From: a virus
Taxonomy: Duplodnaviria > Caudoviricetes
Virus record (IMG/VR): IMGVR_UViG_3300020469_003235
Span: 1,674-65,673 of that record
Direction: 5' to 3' (one strand)
DNA: 64,000 nt
Positions 59,901 through 64,000 of the stretch are shown piece after piece. Below the pieces are notes generated by a model. The model was given only the letters and a program-made list of their open reading frames with translations. It was not told where the DNA came from and did no database searches. Position numbers and translations under genes: made by a program. Within the stretch, counting starts at the first letter, position 1. Each line of letters opens with the position of its first letter.

Positions 59901-60455
59901 CTCAGTTGTAATACCTGCAATAGTTTCTTTCTTTACTGGCTTACCTACAATACTGTTTTCTGGTAATGCCGCATTTAAAATTTTTCTAAACTGTTCTGAC
60001 CAATCAGGATTTGATGGATCGTTCCATTGTATAGATTGTCCTGATAAGTTAACACCATTAGTGTCACTGATTGCTTCTGTTGTTTGTACACTTTCAAATT
60101 TCATTAATCCGTTTGCTGATTGATTACGCTTTGGATTATAAGAAAGTAAACGTGCTAAACGTAATACGCTTTCTCTACGTTCTGCTAATTCAAGGAAGTT
60201 TTCACGTGCATTTAAATCAACACGGAATGCCATGTTTTGTCCAAGATATGCAATAAGATCAATTAGTGCAAGGTATTCTGAACTTTCAATGTAGTCATTA
60301 AAATCTTCTGGATAGTTTTCACGCAAATATGCGATCATAGTTCTACGTAAACTATCAAAATCATACGATTTGAAGTCCGCAGTTTTAAATGTTTGATATA
60401 CTCGCTTCCAATCTTCAGCAAGTAATAATCTATTTTGTCTATCCGTTGTTGACAT
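56928..60455 (-). CDS. baseplate wedge protein (T4 gp6-like)
   Basis: DFDSLR..DFNDYIESS..LIDLIAY..LARLLSYNPKR; FADGTFGDLP; ETSKSIKENAP..TQNRMITGEDY. Confidence 0.8.
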   Translation of the reverse strand: MSTTDRQNRLLLAEDWKRVYQTFKTADFKSYDFDSLRRTMIAYLRENYPEDFNDYIESSEYLALIDLIAYLGQNMAFRVDLNARENFLELAERRESVLRLARLLSYNPKRNQSANGLMKFESVQTTEAISDTNGVNLSGQSIQWNDPSNPDWSEQFRKILNAALPENSIVGKPVKKETIAGITTEQYRFNASNTNLPVYSFNKNVGEKNIVFEVTSASIDANKIFEEDPLPGNSLAFLYREDGKGAGSSNSGYFVHFRQGVLDTGNFSIENPTTNQAVAIDTTNINNSDVWLYQLDSNGNETKLWTKVEATEGNNVIYNSINKQNRSLYAVQSRIDDRISLLFADGTFGDLPKGQFRCYFRKGLGSKFAIQPEELTNVTISVPYTSRAGTPETFTLVCSLKYTVDNASGPETSKSIKENAPSTYYTQNRMITGEDYNVAPRAVSQEVVKVKSINRTSSGISRYFDLIDSTGKYSSTNIFGNDGVIYKEVFDKKISFSFNTKTDVEGNIQNVITPLLSNTVIKNFFLNQFPKISTTDLQADWTQVAKQTNNSSGYISDSLDIKLTVGTFTGSTLKFVEPGAMVKFIAPEGKHFMKDNSHELMAGDADHPGATTYIWTKVVRVNDKGTENYDDGQGPIIFNDVIPTGAVLDEVKPKFATNLTTDVTTQIIDQIFSYKTFGVRYSTSDREWRVILNNNLSIGNAFNMGKTGDTSGQNLDSSWLMLFETDGEKYNITYRGVRYIFESNKEVKFYFDETDRIYDSRTGQVIRDKINLMSINKKPDSVSPATIDYPWQVTKEFRDEEGYINSKKVEVGFFDSDGDGVVDNPALFDDFVAQDTNPLTKWIFLKEKISNNQSTNYDYVDAAVENIRTFASETATGALSQYDDGTIFYFVDNNVFKVYSKTNANLTLQTGYKAYQGRDKLVFQYVHSADENNRLDPSSSNIIDTYLLTKTYDRSFRQYLANTITTKPLPPSSDELFQNFGAEINKIKSISDEVIYHPVNYKILFGNKADSDLQATFKVVKNPEVITNDNDIKLRIVQAINEFFALEFWDFGDKFSFTELSTYIVNVLAPDITTLVLVPNQTEKAFGSLYEVSTENDEIFISGATVDNVAIIDSLTASRLQTTGTIVSTATTENAGITSSANTGTTTNTSTSTTSSSSSSSSSSSSSSSSSSGGY
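56931..57030 (-). repeat. low-complexity poly-Ser/Thr coding tract
   Basis: Encodes TTTNTSTSTTSSSSSSSSSSSSSSSSSSGGY with mixed TCA/AGT/TCG codons. Confidence 0.8.
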
Positions 60456-60510
60456 CTATTTTCCTCTTACAATGTATTTATTTAAACGAGATATCCGAGT
60501 ACTTAATTCC

Positions 60511-60957
60511 TTAAGACGCAAAGCCTGCATCTTTGTCAAAACTAAATTTCATTTGTTCAGATATGTTGTACGGTAAGTATTGAAGTTTGCACTCAATTTG
60601 AATACCGCTCTCGTATTGATCAACAACAATTCCAGTTGCATTTATTCTCGGGTCACTGTTGATTATGTCTGTTACATTGGTTATAATTGCTTCTTTTAAT
60701 GAATCTGTTAAAGGTTCAAACAATACGTCCCATATAATTGTTCCAAACTCAGGATTTTCAAGTTTTTCACCCTGTCTAACATGGAAGTGATTAAGTAAAT
60801 CTTGTTTAATTAATCCAATGTCGTATAGTGCGTAAGATTTGTTGTCTGGATTGACTGTGCTAAGGCCTTTATATGCTCTACCTTTTACAGGTGGCTGTTC
60901 CTTAACATTAGATTTTACTCTAACATTTCTTACTGTATTTTTCTCTAAACTACTCAT
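60511..60957 (-). CDS. baseplate wedge protein (T4 gp25-like)
   Basis: LIKQDLLNHF..GEKLENPEFGTIIWDVLFEP..DPRI gp25 signature; between gp5- and gp6-like genes. Confidence 0.85.
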   Translation of the reverse strand: MSSLEKNTVRNVRVKSNVKEQPPVKGRAYKGLSTVNPDNKSYALYDIGLIKQDLLNHFHVRQGEKLENPEFGTIIWDVLFEPLTDSLKEAIITNVTDIINSDPRINATGIVVDQYESGIQIECKLQYLPYNISEQMKFSFDKDAGFAS

Positions 60958-60962
60958 ATTAG

Positions 60963-60970
60963 TATTTATA
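60963..60970 (-). promoter_or_regulatory. T4 late promoter consensus TATAAATA
   Basis: Exact TATAAATA on - strand, 5 nt before ATG 60957. Confidence 0.65.
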
Positions 60971-62510
60971 CACCCTTCTTAAAGGTGTCTGGAGTGTTGT
61001 CATAATCAAAACTTTCAGGTATAGGTGTTTCATTAAGTCTGTTTGTTCTTAGAGGTTTGTACGCAAACGGATCAACATTTTCATGATGTGGCCAAGGCTC
61101 GTGTTGTGGCAAACGCTTGTGCAACGATGTTAATGCAGTGTCTGTAGGTGTTGTGAAAGGTCCTCCGGGAACAACGTGTGTGGTTAACGGCGTAGCCGCG
61201 GTAGCGGTAGCGGCCTGCGGTCCATTCATATGGATATTCGGAGCGGTTTCTGTATGGTTACCTCCGCTGAGTATATCAGTAGGTCCGCCTGCTGTAAGTT
61301 TGTTTGCTCCTATTGTGTTTAGATCGTAATCTAACAATGTTGTAACTTGATTGTTTCCTGCAACATACGTTATCATATCTGTGTTTGTTTCGATCTGGAT
61401 ATCATCTTTTGACAACACATTAAAGTTACGTCCTGCATTTAGATTAATGTCTCTATCTGCTGTAATGTTTAAATCATTTTCAGTGTGCATACTAATACTA
61501 TCTTTTGCATACACATCAATTTTACCATTAGAAGTTAATTCAATCCAACTGTTACCACTGCCATGATCTATGCGTATTAGATCTTCTGTTTGATGTAATA
61601 ATATTTGATGTCCTGTACGTGTTCTAATACGCACAAGTTCGTTGTGTGGTACTGTGTAGTCTCCGCCCTTTTCACCCTTTTCGTGATTGACAAATTCCTT
61701 TTTAGTTGTACCTGCGGGACCTTTACGTAAAATTTTGTCATCACCGTCATCCATTACAAAACTTGTTCCGCCAAGTCTGTTAAAAGGAATTGATGCCGCC
61801 TGTCCTCCAGGACCGTATCCTGCTTTTGGTGCTCCAGGTCTCTTGTCATATGGTCCTGGTGTGTTTATACCAAACACCATACTTGGTAATTCTCTTCTTG
61901 CACTACTTGTTGTTAAACCTCTTGTGCCGTCTGCTTCAAGTCCTTGAGCAAACAATAAGTCCATCCATTCTTCGTTAATAGACTTTTTAAATTTTGTAGG
62001 ATCGTTACCCTTATTGTCTACAAGATTCTTTTTATTAATTTCACCAACTACAACTTTGCTTGTTTTTGCTATTGCTGATTTTGCACCGTCTCCTTCGGCT
62101 TTGCCTGAAAAGAAACTTGTTGCAATTTTGTCTGGTACATTAAGGTTAATATAGTTGTCAGGTATACACCCAATCCAGTAACCCATGTTGGCCGCGCCTT
62201 CAACAAATGTTACAAGAACTCTACTTCCAACATCTGGTGGTGTCATCCACATACCGTATGCTTGTTGTGTGTATGCAAAGCCTTGGTTAGCACTAATACC
62301 GTTAACAGGAGTTTGTCCGTAAAATGGACTTGCATAGTGTACTTTGAATGTTTGGCCGCCAACATCATCGTTGTTTGCTACTTGGCCTTTGAGTAGTTGT
62401 ACTTCAAGAGCTCCCATATAGTTAGGATCAAGATGTCCTACAACTCTTCCAATATATGGACCGGAGTCTAATTTGGCTTCTTGGCCTGCTGTACGTTTTT
62501 CGTTAGCCAT
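60966..62510 (-). CDS. baseplate hub/spike protein (gp5/VgrG-like)
   Basis: N-terminal OB fold (DPNYMGALEV..PPDVGSRVLVTF..YWIG), RTRTGHQILL, beta-helix-like repeats; no lysozyme domain seen. Confidence 0.75.
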   Translation of the reverse strand: MANEKRTAGQEAKLDSGPYIGRVVGHLDPNYMGALEVQLLKGQVANNDDVGGQTFKVHYASPFYGQTPVNGISANQGFAYTQQAYGMWMTPPDVGSRVLVTFVEGAANMGYWIGCIPDNYINLNVPDKIATSFFSGKAEGDGAKSAIAKTSKVVVGEINKKNLVDNKGNDPTKFKKSINEEWMDLLFAQGLEADGTRGLTTSSARRELPSMVFGINTPGPYDKRPGAPKAGYGPGGQAASIPFNRLGGTSFVMDDGDDKILRKGPAGTTKKEFVNHEKGEKGGDYTVPHNELVRIRTRTGHQILLHQTEDLIRIDHGSGNSWIELTSNGKIDVYAKDSISMHTENDLNITADRDINLNAGRNFNVLSKDDIQIETNTDMITYVAGNNQVTTLLDYDLNTIGANKLTAGGPTDILSGGNHTETAPNIHMNGPQAATATAATPLTTHVVPGGPFTTPTDTALTSLHKRLPQHEPWPHHENVDPFAYKPLRTNRLNETPIPESFDYDNTPDTFKKGV

Positions 62511-64000
62511 TAAGTAAACACCCTTTGATCATTATTTGTTGTTCTGTCTGTGGCATCTTGAATTTCTTCTTCTTTACGCTTATCAGTACCTTGTGCGTTA
62601 TCTGTTTTAATTTCTTGTGTTCCTTTTTCACCGCTGTCTGCTGTTGCTTTCTCAGACATTTGCGGTCTTTTCACAAGTTCAAGTACTTGTTTAAACTGTC
62701 CTGCGGCAAATTCGTTCTTAACACTAATTACCATATATAATCCGCTAAAGAAATCAACTGGCACAGTATCATCTGGGAATCCCATAATACCGTTATCTCT
62801 ATAATCAATTGGTGTTCTAAATAATACTTCAACATCTACTTCACCATATTGATAATCTATACTTCCATCTGCATCAAGATTAATAAATTGTGTGTTCTCT
62901 GAGTTATAGTTTCCTATTCCACTATCAGCAATATAATAAGGGTCGCCCATGATAGTCATGTCGATTGTTAATAAGTCAACATCACTGTTTACAATCGCTT
63001 CGTTAAATCTACGAGCAATGTCAACACGCATATCATCAAGACTGACTGCACCTGCCGCTTTGGCATTGTTGTTACGATTTTCTAATGCTTTATTATTAAC
63101 TTGTGAATCGTTGTTAGTAGGAGTCATTGTAGTTTTCAATGACGGATCTTCACCTTCTTTAGAACCGTCTGCAAGATTATTCTTTGGAAGTGTTCCAGGA
63201 GATACACTTTTAAAGAATGTATTATCAAGATTAATTTCAAGATCTAAAATATCTTCGTTTGCACCACTATAGATATAATTGTAACGTTTACAAGTTTGTA
63301 TTCTTAAAGCGTTTAGTCCTGCTGGTGTTTCGTCTGGAGCAATAAATTTACTTTCGTGGACCATATAAGGTAAAACTCTAAACACATATATTCTTGGAGG
63401 CACACCTGTTTTCTTTTCTGTTTTTCTATCTGTGATATTAAAAACTTGTGTATCAATTTTAAACCAAGGACGCATACCTTTTACTGCTGGCGCATCAATA
63501 ATATTTTTTCCATAATCACTTAAGATTATACATTCTTCAATAATATCTTGAATACGTGTCCCTGCTAAAAACTTAATTGTACCAAGTCCTGGATCTATTT
63601 GTAACTGTCCACTTGATCTTACCCAAACTTGTTTATCTTTGTCGTATGTAAACGAAGCATCTCCAAAAGGTTGATTAGTTGTACCAAGTGAATCAAGATT
63701 GAATATGTTTGCCAATCCAATATTGTTAGAATGTTTTGCGCCTGTTTGTTTGTCTGTTATATCTTGACCAAGTTGTGTAGTTGAAACTAATTTTTTAGTT
63801 TGTTCAGCCCAAGCCGCGAATGCCTCTGGGGGTGGTCCGCCTTGTGCAATCATGTTGTATAGTTCTTCCAGTTTGTCTACACTACTTTGTTTACGATCAG
63901 TTAAGATCGGTCCAGTGTTTATTTTTGATGCTTCTGATTGAGTTGCGGAGCCATCTGTAGCACCGCTCGATGTTCCGTAATAGTTACTGGAAAGTTTTCC
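62510..64000 (-). CDS. baseplate hub/tail protein (5'-truncated by window edge)
   Basis: Frame open to 64000; KRYNYIYSG.N.DILD, IMGDPYYI, FSGLYMVISV..F..GQFKQ.L motifs; upstream of gp5-like gene. Confidence 0.6.
   Translation of the reverse strand, partial: GKLSSNYYGTSSGATDGSATQSEASKINTGPILTDRKQSSVDKLEELYNMIAQGGPPPEAFAAWAEQTKKLVSTTQLGQDITDKQTGAKHSNNIGLANIFNLDSLGTTNQPFGDASFTYDKDKQVWVRSSGQLQIDPGLGTIKFLAGTRIQDIIEECIILSDYGKNIIDAPAVKGMRPWFKIDTQVFNITDRKTEKKTGVPPRIYVFRVLPYMVHESKFIAPDETPAGLNALRIQTCKRYNYIYSGANEDILDLEINLDNTFFKSVSPGTLPKNNLADGSKEGEDPSLKTTMTPTNNDSQVNNKALENRNNNAKAAGAVSLDDMRVDIARRFNEAIVNSDVDLLTIDMTIMGDPYYIADSGIGNYNSENTQFINLDADGSIDYQYGEVDVEVLFRTPIDYRDNGIMGFPDDTVPVDFFSGLYMVISVKNEFAAGQFKQVLELVKRPQMSEKATADSGEKGTQEIKTDNAQGTDKRKEEEIQDATDRTTNNDQRVFT

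Noticed and set aside
1-64000. Stop-codon reassignment as seen in some jumbo phages
   Set aside because: Genes tile densely in the standard code, with TAA, TAG and TGA all used as stops; a 14.9-kb ORF is uninterrupted
1-64000. tRNA, rRNA, CRISPR array, integrase/transposase, reverse transcriptase or DGR, intron or intein
   Set aside because: None recognised by eye; intergenic gaps are short and no repeat-spacer array or relevant motif was seen (not confirmed by software)

Overview
AT-rich fragment of a large, T4-related (probably jumbo) myovirus genome; there are no cellular housekeeping genes. It has three parts. (1) 1-8.8 kb, + strand: 2OG-Fe(II) oxygenases, a T4 RNase H-like 5'-3' exonuclease, a ParB/Srx-like protein, a thermonuclease, a MoxR-type AAA ATPase plus VWA/metallopeptidase pair and hypotheticals, with three near-consensus sigma70 promoters. 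(2) About 10.2-34.5 kb: a dense biosynthetic island of about 27 genes between fibre/virion genes. It encodes eight radical SAM enzymes of three architectures, a DegT-type aminotransferase next to an amidinotransferase, two UDP-sugar dehydrogenases, about five glycosyltransferase-like proteins, three cupin/2OG hydroxylases, two SDRs, and kinase-, methyltransferase-, GNAT- and SGNH-like proteins plus a 3-TM membrane protein. Its operons start at T4-late-like TAAATA boxes lying exactly 5 nt before start codons with no Shine-Dalgarno. (3) 34.8-64 kb, - strand: tail fibres, a 4952-aa baseplate/adhesin protein, and gp6-, gp25- and gp5-like baseplate genes. The best candidate for a new system is the apparently late-expressed radical-SAM/amidino-sugar island, possibly for virion (or DNA) glycan hypermodification. 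All product calls come from motif reading, not database searches.
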